Below the pieces are notes generated by a model, which saw nothing but the letters and a program-made list of their open reading frames with translations, did not search any database and was not told where the DNA came from. This document shows positions 50,504 through 60,759 of a stretch of 64,000 bases of DNA, in pieces (the stretch's first letter is position 1; every line of letters starts with the position of its first letter). The stretch lies in assembly GCA_050291745.1 (NCBI GenBank), contig JBNKKI010000127.1, positions 1,115-65,114 on the forward strand, in the 5' to 3' direction. A program made the translations under genes and the position numbers. The stretch comes from Gammaproteobacteria bacterium (lineage in GTDB: Bacteria > Pseudomonadota > Gammaproteobacteria > GCA-001735895).

Positions 50504-50903
50504 AAACACAGTCTTCACCAATCAGCTGACTACGGTATTTTTGATTTGCCGGCAATTGCGCCTGCATTGCTCTAACTACAGCCATAAGTGTTAACAGGCA
50601 GGACGCCATAAAATTTTTTAATATAAACCAGAGAAAACTTCATTTTTCCATCCGCCTGGATAAACATGTACAATTAAGACATAAAAACAGCAGTTTGAAA
50701 TAAGCTTTCAATTTAAAGCTTCAGCAACCTTTGAATAATTCAGGCTTAAGCAAGTCGTGAAATGAAATGTATCGGGTCAATGCGAAAAGCCTGGGAAATA
50801 CTAGACTACAACCAGGCTTTTTAAATGCAGAGCTGGAATTTTTCAGCTACCACTCGGCAATTTACGAATTATTCAGAAGTTCCTTAGGTGAAAACGTCAA
50901 TAC

Positions 50904-51392
50904 ATGATGAAAAAGACAATGACTATTCTATCCCCCATGACAGAAACAGAATTTAGCAGTTACATTCAACAATCCATTTCTGAATATGCGCAAGACAAGG
51001 TAAAATCAGGGCAGTGGAGCAAACAGGAATCAATTGATAAAGCACGTGATGATATTAATTCAACGCTGCCTGATGGATTAAAAACAGCCAACAATTATTT
51101 ATTCACTTTAAAAAATGATGAAAATAAGGAAAATATTGGAATACTGTGGTATGCCATAATAAAACAGGGAGAGGGGGACATTATGTTCATTTATGATATT
51201 AGTATTAAGCCAGAATATCGACACATGGGACATGCAACTCGCGCCTTTAAAGAACTGGAGAAAAAGTGCAGGAGCGCTGGTTTATCAGGAATAGGCTTAC
51301 ATGTATTTGGTTTTAATACACAAGCTTATGATCTATACAAGAAACTGGGATTTAAAACGACCAATATAAATATGTTTAAAAGCATTGAATAA
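50904..51392 (+). CDS. GNAT-family N-acetyltransferase
   Basis: Acetyl-CoA-binding motif region YRHMGHATRAFKELEK...GLHVFGFNTQAYDLYKKLGF. Confidence 0.75.
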   Translation: MMKKTMTILSPMTETEFSSYIQQSISEYAQDKVKSGQWSKQESIDKARDDINSTLPDGLKTANNYLFTLKNDENKENIGILWYAIIKQGEGDIMFIYDISIKPEYRHMGHATRAFKELEKKCRSAGLSGIGLHVFGFNTQAYDLYKKLGFKTTNINMFKSIE

Positions 51393-51627
51393 GCTATTAT
51401 TCAATGCAAACTTAAATCTGGAAGCAGAATTACTTGACATATTGCCCCAATAATTAAGTAAATGTATGACTAAAACGTGAATCACCACAGAAAAAATAGA
51501 CTCCATCATTTAAAAAAGTGTTTTTATTTCTTGAATAGATTATGATTTTGTATTAAACCCTGATTTTATATCTGAAATTTAATAAGGTAATCATAGACTT
51601 GCTACAAATTCAGATTAGGATAAACAA

Positions 51628-52398
51628 TTGACAGAAATGAAATTTAAATTAAAACCCATTCAACATAATCAAATAGCCTGTAAAGACTGCTCTATCCGTC
51701 GATTAGCACTTTTTAATGGCGTTCCTGATGAAGAGTTATCCTGGACACAAAACTATAGAAGCTGTCAATATGCTCTGGATGCTCGAAGTAAAGTATATCG
51801 TGAAGGTGTCCCCAGTGAATTTATGTTTACCGTCTACCATGGCTGGATGGCTGTTTATAAAACACTTGAAAATGGTAAAAGACAAATTTTAAAGGTTGCT
51901 TTACCAGGGGATATTATCGGCTATCAGGCTAATTTAGCCGGTCCAATGAACTATTCAGCTGTCAGTTTAACTGATTCTGTCTTATGCGCCTTCCCAAGAA
52001 CCGAAATACCTACTCTTTTTCGCAACAAACCGGGGATTGCCAAACGTCTCGCCGAACTAAATTCAAGAGATATGCATCTATGCCAAAATCGCATGACAAC
52101 TCTGGGGCAGCATACCGCTTTAGAAAAAATTGCACATTGTTGTGCTGAACTGTTTTATCGGAAAAAAGCGATTCATCAGGAACTGGAAAATAATCAAATT
52201 AAATTTCCATTATCGCAGGAAGATATTGGTGACTTAACCGGTTTAACTAAAATTCACGTTAATAGAGTTTTGCGACAACTTCGTGAAATGGGATTAATGG
52301 AAATTTCCAGTAAAGAGTTAACGATTTATAATACAAAAGAATTATGCAAACTGGGATACTTTGACCCTAATTCTGTACATACTCATATACTTTATTAA
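51628..52398 (+). CDS. Crp/Fnr-family transcriptional regulator
   Basis: cNMP-binding-like beta-roll followed by a C-terminal HTH (SQEDIGDLTGLTKIHVNRVLRQL). An N-terminal C-x2-C (CKDC) is present. The start is TTG at 51628 or ATG at 51637. Confidence 0.8.
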   Translation: MTEMKFKLKPIQHNQIACKDCSIRRLALFNGVPDEELSWTQNYRSCQYALDARSKVYREGVPSEFMFTVYHGWMAVYKTLENGKRQILKVALPGDIIGYQANLAGPMNYSAVSLTDSVLCAFPRTEIPTLFRNKPGIAKRLAELNSRDMHLCQNRMTTLGQHTALEKIAHCCAELFYRKKAIHQELENNQIKFPLSQEDIGDLTGLTKIHVNRVLRQLREMGLMEISSKELTIYNTKELCKLGYFDPNSVHTHILY

Positions 52399-52428
52399 TT
52401 TACAATAAATGAGAATTTAACCGCACAA

Positions 52429-53115
52429 TTAATAACAAACAAGATAGCGATTAATTCTCTTTTCAATTTGATTAAAGATTCGGGTAAGTATAAAAGTCAG
52501 TAAAAAATAAATAATGGCTGCGTAAACAAATATTTCCAGAGCATAAGTTCTTGAAAATATTGAACGGGACTCCCCCATCAAATCCCATACCGTTATGGTA
52601 CTGACTAATGCGCTACCTTTCAGCAATAAAATCACTTCATTAGCATACGCAGGCCAGGCAATTCGTAATGCCCTAGGTAAAATTATCCTGCGCTGTAATA
52701 ATCCCCATGACATACCAAATGCCCTGGCTGCTTCAATTTCTCCATGAGGAATAGCACGAATACCTCCACGTAATATCTCTGCTGTATAAGCAGCAGTATT
52801 CAGCGTTAAACCAATTAATCCACACCATTCGGAATCACTCAATACAGGCCATAAAAAACTCTCTGTAATGACAGTAAATTGTCCCAGCCCGTAATACAGA
52901 ATGAATAACTGTATGAGCAGAGGTGTTCCACGAAAAAAGTAAATATAACAATAAGCGGGAACCCAGAAACGCCTTTGTCTGGAACTACGTGCTAACGCCA
53001 GTGGTAAAGCAATAAATAACCCCAGTATCGAAGATAGAAAAACCAGTTTCAAGGTGATTAATGTACCATCCCAGAAGCGGTCACCATACTGAAAAAGCAG
53101 AGATAAATCAGGCAT
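52429..53115 (-). CDS. polar amino-acid ABC transporter permease (HisM-like)
   Basis: Permease with an EAA-loop region (EAARAFGMS...ILPRA). Confidence 0.85.
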   Translation of the reverse strand: MPDLSLLFQYGDRFWDGTLITLKLVFLSSILGLFIALPLALARSSRQRRFWVPAYCYIYFFRGTPLLIQLFILYYGLGQFTVITESFLWPVLSDSEWCGLIGLTLNTAAYTAEILRGGIRAIPHGEIEAARAFGMSWGLLQRRIILPRALRIAWPAYANEVILLLKGSALVSTITVWDLMGESRSIFSRTYALEIFVYAAIIYFLLTFILTRIFNQIEKRINRYLVCY

Positions 53116-53815
53116 GTGGTGCTATCCCTCTATTAGCTTTAGTTTCAAAATAGTGGCGAATATAATCAGAAAAAATTGTTAATAGCAGGTAAATAACAGC
53201 AGCTGTGATATAAAAAGTGAATGGTTGTTTTGTGGTCTCTGCAGCTACTTTAGACCATCGTAATAATTCATCTAATGCAATTATCGATATCAGAGAAGTA
53301 TCTTTTAATAATACCATCCATAAGTTCCCCAGTCCGGGGATAGCAAAGCGCCACATCTGTGGTAATCGAATTCGATGAAAAGCCTGCCAGTGGGACATAC
53401 CGCATGCTTTAGCTGCCTCTAACTGTCCTTTTGGTACCGCTAAAAAAGCACCGCGAAAAACTTCACTGGAGAAAGCGCCAAACACAAGCCCGAGCGCAAA
53501 AACACCAGCAACAAAGGCATTGACCTCGATATATTCATCATAATTAAACCAGCCTGCCACTGATTGAATCATAATAGAGGCTCCAAAAAACACCACCAGT
53601 ACAACCAGCATTTCAGGAATTCCACGAACAACTTCAGTATAAATGTGGGCTAATATGCGATAAAAACGATTACTGGAAAGTTTTGCTGCGGCAGTGATTA
53701 ATCCGAGAATAATCCCGACCAGCAGCGCTACCACAGCAAGTTCCAGGGTCAGCAATGAGCCAGCCAGCAGCTCATCAGCAAACCCCTTATCGCCGAAACT
53801 TAAATATTCAAACAT
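53108..53815 (-). CDS. polar amino-acid ABC transporter permease (HisQ-like)
   Basis: EAAKACGMSHWQAFHRIRLPQ EAA loop. Overlaps the downstream permease by 8 nt. Confidence 0.85.
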   Translation of the reverse strand: MFEYLSFGDKGFADELLAGSLLTLELAVVALLVGIILGLITAAAKLSSNRFYRILAHIYTEVVRGIPEMLVVLVVFFGASIMIQSVAGWFNYDEYIEVNAFVAGVFALGLVFGAFSSEVFRGAFLAVPKGQLEAAKACGMSHWQAFHRIRLPQMWRFAIPGLGNLWMVLLKDTSLISIIALDELLRWSKVAAETTKQPFTFYITAAVIYLLLTIFSDYIRHYFETKANRGIAPHA

Positions 53816-53848
53816 GAAAAAGCCGGAGATTTAACCAACTTATCTTAA

Positions 53849-54598
53849 TTAATAAATGCTAAAGGGAAAGTAATTGCTATTAATCCGTTTATACGCACCG
53901 CTTGCAAGAATCTCTTTTAAAGCTTTATTGAATTTATCAGCCAGAGCCTTATCACCTTTGCGAATAGCAATGCCAATTTTATCATTAATATCTATCGTAC
54001 CCCCAACATAATCAAAACCACTGTTTTCTGATTTGGTTAACCAGTCATATCCGGGATAGGCATCAACCAGTACGGCATCCAGTCGCCCTGCTTTTAAATC
54101 AAGAAAAGCTGCTTCCTGAGTATCATATACTTTAACATTGGCCGACTTTCTATAATTATCTTCCAGATGCTGAGCACTGATTGTGGCTCGTTGAGCACCG
54201 AGTTTTTTACCTTTAAGGCCAGTTACTGATACATCAAGTCCACTATTTTTCTTAGCGATAAAACGCAGATAATTAGAATAATAAGGATCAGTAAATGCTA
54301 CTTTTTTCTGGCGTTCAGCTGTAATTGACATACTGGCAATTATTGCATCGTACTTTTTAGCCAGTAAGCCTGGAATAATACCATCCCAGTCCTGAGCAAC
54401 AATTTCACAATCAGCTTTCATTGTTTCGCAAAGTGCTTTAGCGATATCTACATCAAAACCGGTTAATTCACCTTTGGTATTTTTCATATTAAAAGGAGGA
54501 TAAGCACCCTCAGTAGCTATACGAATTTTCTCTGCCTGAGCTGCGCCAAGAAAAAAAAGACTGAATAATACAGTCACTAAAGTTATTTTAAATTTCAT
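53849..54598 (-). CDS. periplasmic basic amino-acid-binding protein (Lys/Arg/Orn/His type)
   Basis: Signal peptide and family-3 SBP motifs (YPPFN, GFDVDIA, DAIIASMSIT). Confidence 0.85.
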   Translation of the reverse strand: MKFKITLVTVLFSLFFLGAAQAEKIRIATEGAYPPFNMKNTKGELTGFDVDIAKALCETMKADCEIVAQDWDGIIPGLLAKKYDAIIASMSITAERQKKVAFTDPYYSNYLRFIAKKNSGLDVSVTGLKGKKLGAQRATISAQHLEDNYRKSANVKVYDTQEAAFLDLKAGRLDAVLVDAYPGYDWLTKSENSGFDYVGGTIDINDKIGIAIRKGDKALADKFNKALKEILASGAYKRINSNYFPFSIY

Positions 54599-54647
54599 TC
54601 ATATTCTCCTGTGATTAGATATTTATTTTATGAATTCATAGCAGTTT

Positions 54648-55418
54648 CTATAAACCGCTGGATAAAAACTGTTTAAAACGATCTGATGCCGGATGATCAA
54701 ATACCTGATCAGGTACCCCCTGTTCTTCAATTTTTCCTTCATGCAGGAAAATAACCTGATCAGAGACTTCTCTGGCAAAGCCCATTTCATGGGTCACAAC
54801 AATCATAGTTCGTCCCTCATCAGCGAGCTGACGCATGACCTGTAATACTTCATTGACCAGTTCAGGATCAAGAGCAGAGGTCGGTTCATCGAATAATAAA
54901 GCATCCGGTTCCATTGCCAGTGCACGGGCAATAGCCACCCGTTGTTGCTGCCCACCTGATAATTCCCCCGGATAACAATGCGCCTTTTCAGCTATTCCCA
55001 CTTTTTCCAATAATTGCATAGCTTCCTGCATGCACTGAGCTTTCTGTTTTTTTAGTACGTGAACAGGCGCTTCGATAATATTTTCAAGAATAGTCATATG
55101 AGACCATAAATTAAAACCTTGAAAAACCATGGCTAAACGAGAGCGTATTTTAGAAATTTGTTTTGGCTCAAGTGGCTGCAAATTACCTTTGCGATCCTTT
55201 TCAAGCTGCAAAAGTTCGCCATTGATGATTATTTTACCGGAAGTTGGTATTTCAAGAAGATTAATACAGCGTAACAAGGTACTTTTGCCGGACCCACTAC
55301 TACCCAGAATAGACACAACATCACCGGGATTCGCCGAAAGAGAGACCCCTTTGAGAACTTCATTTTCACCAAAGGTTTTATGTAAATCAGAAATACTAAT
55401 AGCAGCAGTCGAACTCAT
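54648..55418 (-). CDS. polar amino-acid ABC transporter ATP-binding protein (HisP-like)
   Basis: Walker [10 protein letters not shown], signature LSGGQQQR, Walker [12 protein letters not shown]. Start placed at the internal ATG (MSSTAAISI...). Confidence 0.9.
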   Translation of the reverse strand: MSSTAAISISDLHKTFGENEVLKGVSLSANPGDVVSILGSSGSGKSTLLRCINLLEIPTSGKIIINGELLQLEKDRKGNLQPLEPKQISKIRSRLAMVFQGFNLWSHMTILENIIEAPVHVLKKQKAQCMQEAMQLLEKVGIAEKAHCYPGELSGGQQQRVAIARALAMEPDALLFDEPTSALDPELVNEVLQVMRQLADEGRTMIVVTHEMGFAREVSDQVIFLHEGKIEEQGVPDQVFDHPASDRFKQFLSSGL

Positions 55419-55653
55419 GCCTGTTTTTTTTATTGTGATAGAAAGGCGGTATTTTGAACCGAACAGATTAAGTTGGCAACTTTTGTTATAAAACTTAAAC
55501 AAATAGCTTTAAATCAGGCTGATTAACCAAATTGGTGCAAAACGGAGCACTCAGACTGAAAAGTTATTCAATAATAGTTTGAGTCAGTGCAATAACAGAA
55601 TAAATTCTGTTATTAAGCGCTTTAAGCACAGATTTTTCAGAAATCACTGCAAA

Positions 55654-55706
55654 TTCTGTAACAAAATCTTCATACAATCGACATGTTTCTGTAACAAAAC
55701 TTCTCT
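55654..55706 (+). promoter_or_regulatory. putative tandem Pho boxes upstream of phnC
   Basis: TTCTGTAACAAAA occurs twice, 33 bp apart (55654 and 55687). Each reads as a 7-4-7 unit (CTGTAAC-AAAA-TCTTCAT and CTGTAAC-AAAA-CTTCTCT), against the Pho-box half-site CTGTCAT. They lie 45-95 nt upstream of the phnC ATG. Confidence 0.4.
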
Positions 55707-55749
55707 ACAGTGCAATTCAGTTTTAATTGATTGCTTAATAGAGAGTCCA

Positions 55750-56607
55750 ATGTCAAATGCTATAGATATAAAATTTATAACGAAAACTTTCAATCAAAAG
55801 AGAGCTCTGCAAGAAGTATCAACAGAAATAACTAAAGGAGAAATCGTAGCATTAATTGGCTCGAGTGGATCAGGAAAATCTACATTATTAAGGCATATAG
55901 CCGGCCTTGAAAAATCGGATAGACTATCTGAATCAAAGATTCAGGTTAATGGTCGTAGCATTCAGGAAAACGGAAAACTCAACCCTGCTGCCCGTCATAT
56001 AAGATGCGGAATAGGTGTGATATTTCAACAGTTTAACTTAATCAATCGTCTAAGTGTTTTAACTAATGTTTTACTAGGATCTCTGGGTAATATGCCAGCA
56101 TGGAGAGGTTCACTGGGCTTATTTAATCAACAGGAAAAAGAACGGGCTCTAGCTGCGCTTGAACAGGTTGGACTGAAAGAGCTGGCTTATCAACGTGCTT
56201 CAACGCTTTCTGGTGGCCAGCAACAACGAGTCGCTATTGCAAAAACCATTATGCAACGGGCAGAGATTATTCTGGCTGATGAGCCAATATCCTCATTAGA
56301 TCCAAAGTCGGCAAAAATTGTTATGCGACTTCTTAGAGACATGCGAAAAAAAGATGGCAAAACAGTCATTATCACATTACATCAAGTTGAATATGCACGT
56401 AAATATTGTAAACGGGCCATAGCTTTAGTTGATGGAAAAATAGCCTTCGATGGGCATGTAAAAAAACTCACCGATGATGTTTTACATAAACTTTACGGCA
56501 CATCAATACAGGAAGATGAAGAACCGGATGATGAACTGTCGATAGAAACCCATATACCAGCAATTTTTCAACCGCCCAAGCTCGGAGTCTATGAGGCTCC
56601 CGGTTAA
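55750..56607 (+). CDS. phnC: phosphonate ABC transporter ATP-binding protein PhnC
   Basis: Walker [35 protein letters not shown]. Start placed at the internal ATG, because the upstream part of the ORF is low-complexity promoter sequence. Confidence 0.9.
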   Translation: MSNAIDIKFITKTFNQKRALQEVSTEITKGEIVALIGSSGSGKSTLLRHIAGLEKSDRLSESKIQVNGRSIQENGKLNPAARHIRCGIGVIFQQFNLINRLSVLTNVLLGSLGNMPAWRGSLGLFNQQEKERALAALEQVGLKELAYQRASTLSGGQQQRVAIAKTIMQRAEIILADEPISSLDPKSAKIVMRLLRDMRKKDGKTVIITLHQVEYARKYCKRAIALVDGKIAFDGHVKKLTDDVLHKLYGTSIQEDEEPDDELSIETHIPAIFQPPKLGVYEAPG

Positions 56608-56668
56608 TAAAACAGCCCTATAGATCAAAAATATTTTATGACTTACCCTTTATAACCCGGAGATAAAT

Positions 56669-57676
56669 ATGTTACAAAAAATCATTAAACCAGCTATAGC
56701 AGCAGTATTTGCCGCAACAGCTTTACTTCCAATCAGTTCCTTTGCAGATCAGTTAACACAGTTAAATTTCGGAATTATTTCTACTGAATCATCTCAAAAC
56801 CTTCGTCAGGTGTGGACGCCTTTTCTGAATGATATGGGAAAACAACTGGGTGTAAAAGTTAAAGCATTTTTTGCACCTGATTATGCCGGTATCATTGAAG
56901 GTATGCGTTTTAATAAAGTGGATGTTGCCTGGTTTGGAAACAAATCTGCAATGGAAGCAGTTGATCGTGCTGGTGGTGAAATTTTTTCTCAAACTGTCGA
57001 TGTAGATGGCAATCCCGGCTATTGGTCTTTACTGGTTACACATAAAGATAACCCGATCAATACTGTTGAAGATATGTTAAAAAATGCCAGCAATCTTGTT
57101 TTTGGTAACGGCGACCCGAACTCAACTTCAGGTTTTCTGGTGCCATCCTATTACGTTTTTGCAAAAAATAATATTGACCCTAAAAAAGCATTCAAACGTG
57201 TACTCAATTCAAATCATCAAACTAATCTACTCGCTGCGGCCAGTAAACAGGTTGATGTTGCAACTAATAACACGGAAAACCTGCGCCGACTGGAAATTAC
57301 ACATCCTGACAAAGTTAAAAACATCAAAGTCATCTGGAAATCACCACTGATCCCTTCAGACCCTATAGTCTGGCGTAAGAACCTGTCTGAAACTGATAAA
57401 CAAAATATCTATAACTTTTTCATGACTTACGGTACTCAAAATAAACACCAAAAGGAAATTCTGGCAAATTTGCAGTGGGCTCCATTTGCGGCTTCCAGTA
57501 ATGATCAGTTAATCCCAATACGCCAACTGGTACTTTTTAAAAACCGCCTGAAGATAGAGTCAGACATGAAGTATTCAGCAGCTGAGAGAAAACAGAAACT
57601 GGCGGAAATAGATCAACAATTAAACATTCTTAAGCGCCGCTCAGCAGCATTAAAAGCATTTGCTAAGAATTCATAA
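56669..57676 (+). CDS. phnD: phosphonate ABC transporter substrate-binding protein PhnD
   Basis: Signal peptide and PhnD motifs (LNFGIISTES, DVAWFG, NSTSGFLVP). Confidence 0.9.
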   Translation: MLQKIIKPAIAAVFAATALLPISSFADQLTQLNFGIISTESSQNLRQVWTPFLNDMGKQLGVKVKAFFAPDYAGIIEGMRFNKVDVAWFGNKSAMEAVDRAGGEIFSQTVDVDGNPGYWSLLVTHKDNPINTVEDMLKNASNLVFGNGDPNSTSGFLVPSYYVFAKNNIDPKKAFKRVLNSNHQTNLLAAASKQVDVATNNTENLRRLEITHPDKVKNIKVIWKSPLIPSDPIVWRKNLSETDKQNIYNFFMTYGTQNKHQKEILANLQWAPFAASSNDQLIPIRQLVLFKNRLKIESDMKYSAAERKQKLAEIDQQLNILKRRSAALKAFAKNS

Positions 57677-57700
57677 ATGCATAGATGTCTATCCTTTTTT

Positions 57701-57730
57701 TCCGAGTCGATTATGACTCGGAATTTTTTT
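57701..57730 (+). terminator. rho-independent terminator/attenuator between phnD and phnE
   Basis: TCCGAGTC-GATTAT-GACTCGGA stem-loop followed directly by ATTTTTTTAT. Confidence 0.6.
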
Positions 57731-57798
57731 ATAAGTTGTAAATCCTGTCCTGTTCAAATTACCCAACAGGAAAGGATTTAAAATTTAATTTTTATATC

Positions 57799-58587
57799 AT
57801 GGCCATGACAGAAAGCATTACACAACCTGAATCACCTTTTCGACTCACTAATCTGCTGGGGTGGGGAATAATCTTCAGTATTTTAGGCTGGTCCTGGAAT
57901 GGTGCTGAAATGAATCCGATGGCTCTCATTCAGTACAGTAGTAATATGGTCCAACTTGGATCTGATTTTTTTCCACCCAATTTCCATGACTGGGAACTCT
58001 ACTTAGAGGAAATGATCATCACTTTGCAAATAGCCATCTGGGGAACAGTGCTGGCGGTTATTGCATCTATACCTCTCGGTATAATGTCATCTGAAAATTT
58101 AATGCCATGGTGGATAGTCCAGCCTACAAGACGTTTAATGGATGCCGCCCGTGCTATCAACGAAATGGTATTTGCCATGTTATTTGTCGTGGCAGTAGGA
58201 CTGGGACCTTTTGCCGGTGTTATGGCTTTATTTGTGCACACGACAGGCATATTAGCCAAGTTATTCTCAGAAGCAGTGGAAGCGATTGAACCAAGTCCGG
58301 TAGAAGGTGTACGTTCTACGGGTGCAACACATCTGCAGGAAATTATTTATGGTGTCCTCCCTCAGGTATTACCTTTATGGATTTCCTTCGCCTTATATCG
58401 GTTTGAATCTAATGTTCGATCAGCGACGGTTCTCGGCATGGTTGGTGCTGGTGGTATCGGTGTCATCCTGTGGGAAAGTATTCGCGGTTTCATGTTCCAG
58501 GAAACCTGCACGGTTATTCTTATTATTATCGTTTCAGTCACTCTGCTGGATCTGTTATCACAAAAACTTCGTAAACTGGTAATTTAA
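57799..58587 (+). CDS. phnE: phosphonate ABC transporter permease PhnE
   Basis: Polytopic permease with a PhnE-type EAA region ([19 protein letters not shown]). Confidence 0.9.
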   Translation: MAMTESITQPESPFRLTNLLGWGIIFSILGWSWNGAEMNPMALIQYSSNMVQLGSDFFPPNFHDWELYLEEMIITLQIAIWGTVLAVIASIPLGIMSSENLMPWWIVQPTRRLMDAARAINEMVFAMLFVVAVGLGPFAGVMALFVHTTGILAKLFSEAVEAIEPSPVEGVRSTGATHLQEIIYGVLPQVLPLWISFALYRFESNVRSATVLGMVGAGGIGVILWESIRGFMFQETCTVILIIIVSVTLLDLLSQKLRKLVI

Positions 58588-58589
58588 CA

Positions 58590-59030
58590 ATGCATTCTCT
58601 GCGACAAATCAGGTTATCTACCCTGGCAAAATCTGAACTTAAAAATATACAGTCATTATGGCAAAACTCAATTGATGATTTCGATTTCGAATTCATCAGA
58701 CAGCTTGAATCCGGTATGGTTATGATGACAGCTAGAAGCGGTGGAACAGGAGAGCCATTCAATCTCGGTGAAGTCTCTATCAGCCGTTGTGCCATTCGAC
58801 TAAACACGGGTGAAACAGGTATTGGATACGTACAGGGACGAAATAAACAACATGCTATTCACATCGCCCTGATTGATGCGCTTGCTCAATCAAAGGAACA
58901 TAGTGAATCAATTTTGCAGGATGTTATTCAGCCTTTACAACTCATTTTACAGCAACAACAAAACAAGCAAAAAGTTGAAGCCAATAAGAGCAAAGTAGAT
59001 TTTTTTACCATGGTGCGAGGAGAAGATTAA
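58590..59030 (+). CDS. phnG: C-P lyase system protein PhnG
   Basis: ARSGGTGEPFNLGEVSISRC motif and its position in the operon. Confidence 0.85.
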   Translation: MHSLRQIRLSTLAKSELKNIQSLWQNSIDDFDFEFIRQLESGMVMMTARSGGTGEPFNLGEVSISRCAIRLNTGETGIGYVQGRNKQHAIHIALIDALAQSKEHSESILQDVIQPLQLILQQQQNKQKVEANKSKVDFFTMVRGED

Positions 59031-59644
59031 TGCAAATACAAACACAACAGGTAAAACCGGGCCTAAGTCATCCTGTTTCAGACTCTCAGGGTATTTTTCG
59101 ACAGCTTTTAAAAGCCATGTCAGAGCCTGGCAGCATTCACAACATCAATTATGCATGTACTGCACCAGATGTTATGAATCAGGCAAGTTACTCTATAGCG
59201 CTAACTCTGCTCGATCAGACCACCAGTGTTGCTTTAACACAAAAATTACAGACTGCGGATGTTATTTCATCCATATTATTTCATAACTCAGTTGAATGGA
59301 TTGAAGATTTATCACAGGCAGATTTTATTTTTTGTAATGAAGATGAATGCCCTCAACTTTCTGATCTTAAGACTGGAAGCGAAGCTTATCCTGACCAGTC
59401 AGCAACACTGATCATTCAGTGCGAATCATTCTCTTCAGGAACTAGCGTAGAACTAACAGGACCCGGAATTCAACATCATCGCAATATTCAGTGCAGTGCC
59501 TTCAATACTGCATTAGTGAAGAACAGAAAATCAATGGATGAATTATTTCCTTTAGGTATAGATATCATTTTCACCTGCTTTAATGAATTTTTCTGTCTAC
59601 CAAGAACAACCAGAATAAAAACTGAGGTAAGCTCATGTATGTAG
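59030..59644 (+). CDS. phnH: C-P lyase system protein PhnH
   Basis: SQGIFRQLLKAMSEPG motif. TAATG overlap with phnG. Confidence 0.85.
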   Translation: MQIQTQQVKPGLSHPVSDSQGIFRQLLKAMSEPGSIHNINYACTAPDVMNQASYSIALTLLDQTTSVALTQKLQTADVISSILFHNSVEWIEDLSQADFIFCNEDECPQLSDLKTGSEAYPDQSATLIIQCESFSSGTSVELTGPGIQHHRNIQCSAFNTALVKNRKSMDELFPLGIDIIFTCFNEFFCLPRTTRIKTEVSSCM

Positions 59645-60759
59645 CCGTTAAAGGTGGTCAAAAAGCCATAAATGAAGCACACCGGCAATTAGCATCTAAA
59701 AGACGTGGAGCTAAACAGTTTACTGAATTAACTGTGGCCCAGATTCAGCAGCAATTACCCTATGCTGTTGACCGTGTCATGACAGAAGGATCTCTATACG
59801 ATCCTCAACTGGCAGCACTGGCGATTAAACAATCAGCCGGTGATATGATTGAGGCTATTTTTCTTTTAAGAGCCTATAGAACGACTCTGCCTCGTATAGC
59901 GAATAGCCTGCCAGTAAATACTTCCAAAATGACTGTAGAACGCCGCTTATCTGCTGCTTTTAAAGATATACCCGGTGGACAGGTTCTTGGCCCGACTTTT
60001 GATTACACACATCGCTTACTGGATTTTAGTTTACTGGATGAAACCTCTAACAATACAGATGAGCAAGATCTACCAAATGATGAAATAGTTGATAGTAGCG
60101 AGCAACAAGATTTTCCATCGGTACTGGATATCATGGCTACTGAAGATATCATTGAAACGCATCATTCAGATGCTCAGACAGCAACTACGGACATTACTCA
60201 GCAACCATTAAACCTGCCTGCTGATCGTAGTACTCGCTTGCAGGCCCTCGCTCGTGGAGATGAAGGTTTTCTATTAGCGCTGGGGTATTCAACACAACGT
60301 GGTTATGGTCGTACACATCCATTTGCCGGTGAAATAAGAATTGGAAAGGTAAACCTCAGTATTCAGCCTGAGGAACTTGGATTCGAAATCGATATTGGTG
60401 AAGTTACTCTGACCGAATGTCAGATGATAAACCAGTTTAAGGGATCTAAGCATATCAAGCCAAAATTCACACGCGGTTATGGCCTTGCCTTTGGTCACAA
60501 TGAGCGTAAAGCAATGTCTATGGCATTAGTGGATAGAGCATTACGAGCAAAAGAGTTTGGCGAAGACGATAATTCACCTGCACAGGATGAAGAATTCGTG
60601 CTAGCTCATGCCGACAATGTTGAATCAACAGGTTTTGTGTCTCATTTAAAGCTTCCTCACTATGTCGATTTTCAATCAGAACTGGAATTAATCCGTAAGT
60701 TAAGAAAGCAAACTGAATCCCCTAAATCAGAAACAGAGGAAACGGAGACAGCCGCATGA
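59635..60759 (+). CDS. phnI: C-P lyase system protein PhnI
   Basis: MYVAVKGGQKAI start typical of PhnI. Contains an acidic insertion relative to what I recall of E. coli PhnI. Confidence 0.9.
   Translation: MYVAVKGGQKAINEAHRQLASKRRGAKQFTELTVAQIQQQLPYAVDRVMTEGSLYDPQLAALAIKQSAGDMIEAIFLLRAYRTTLPRIANSLPVNTSKMTVERRLSAAFKDIPGGQVLGPTFDYTHRLLDFSLLDETSNNTDEQDLPNDEIVDSSEQQDFPSVLDIMATEDIIETHHSDAQTATTDITQQPLNLPADRSTRLQALARGDEGFLLALGYSTQRGYGRTHPFAGEIRIGKVNLSIQPEELGFEIDIGEVTLTECQMINQFKGSKHIKPKFTRGYGLAFGHNERKAMSMALVDRALRAKEFGEDDNSPAQDEEFVLAHADNVESTGFVSHLKLPHYVDFQSELELIRKLRKQTESPKSETEETETAA

Noticed and set aside
55579-55749. A Cys-rich 57-aa N-terminal extension of the PhnC ORF (...[17 protein letters not shown]...).
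   Set aside because: The Cys codons come from the repeated TTCTGTAAC promoter motifs. Conserved PhnC sequence starts at the ATG at 55750.
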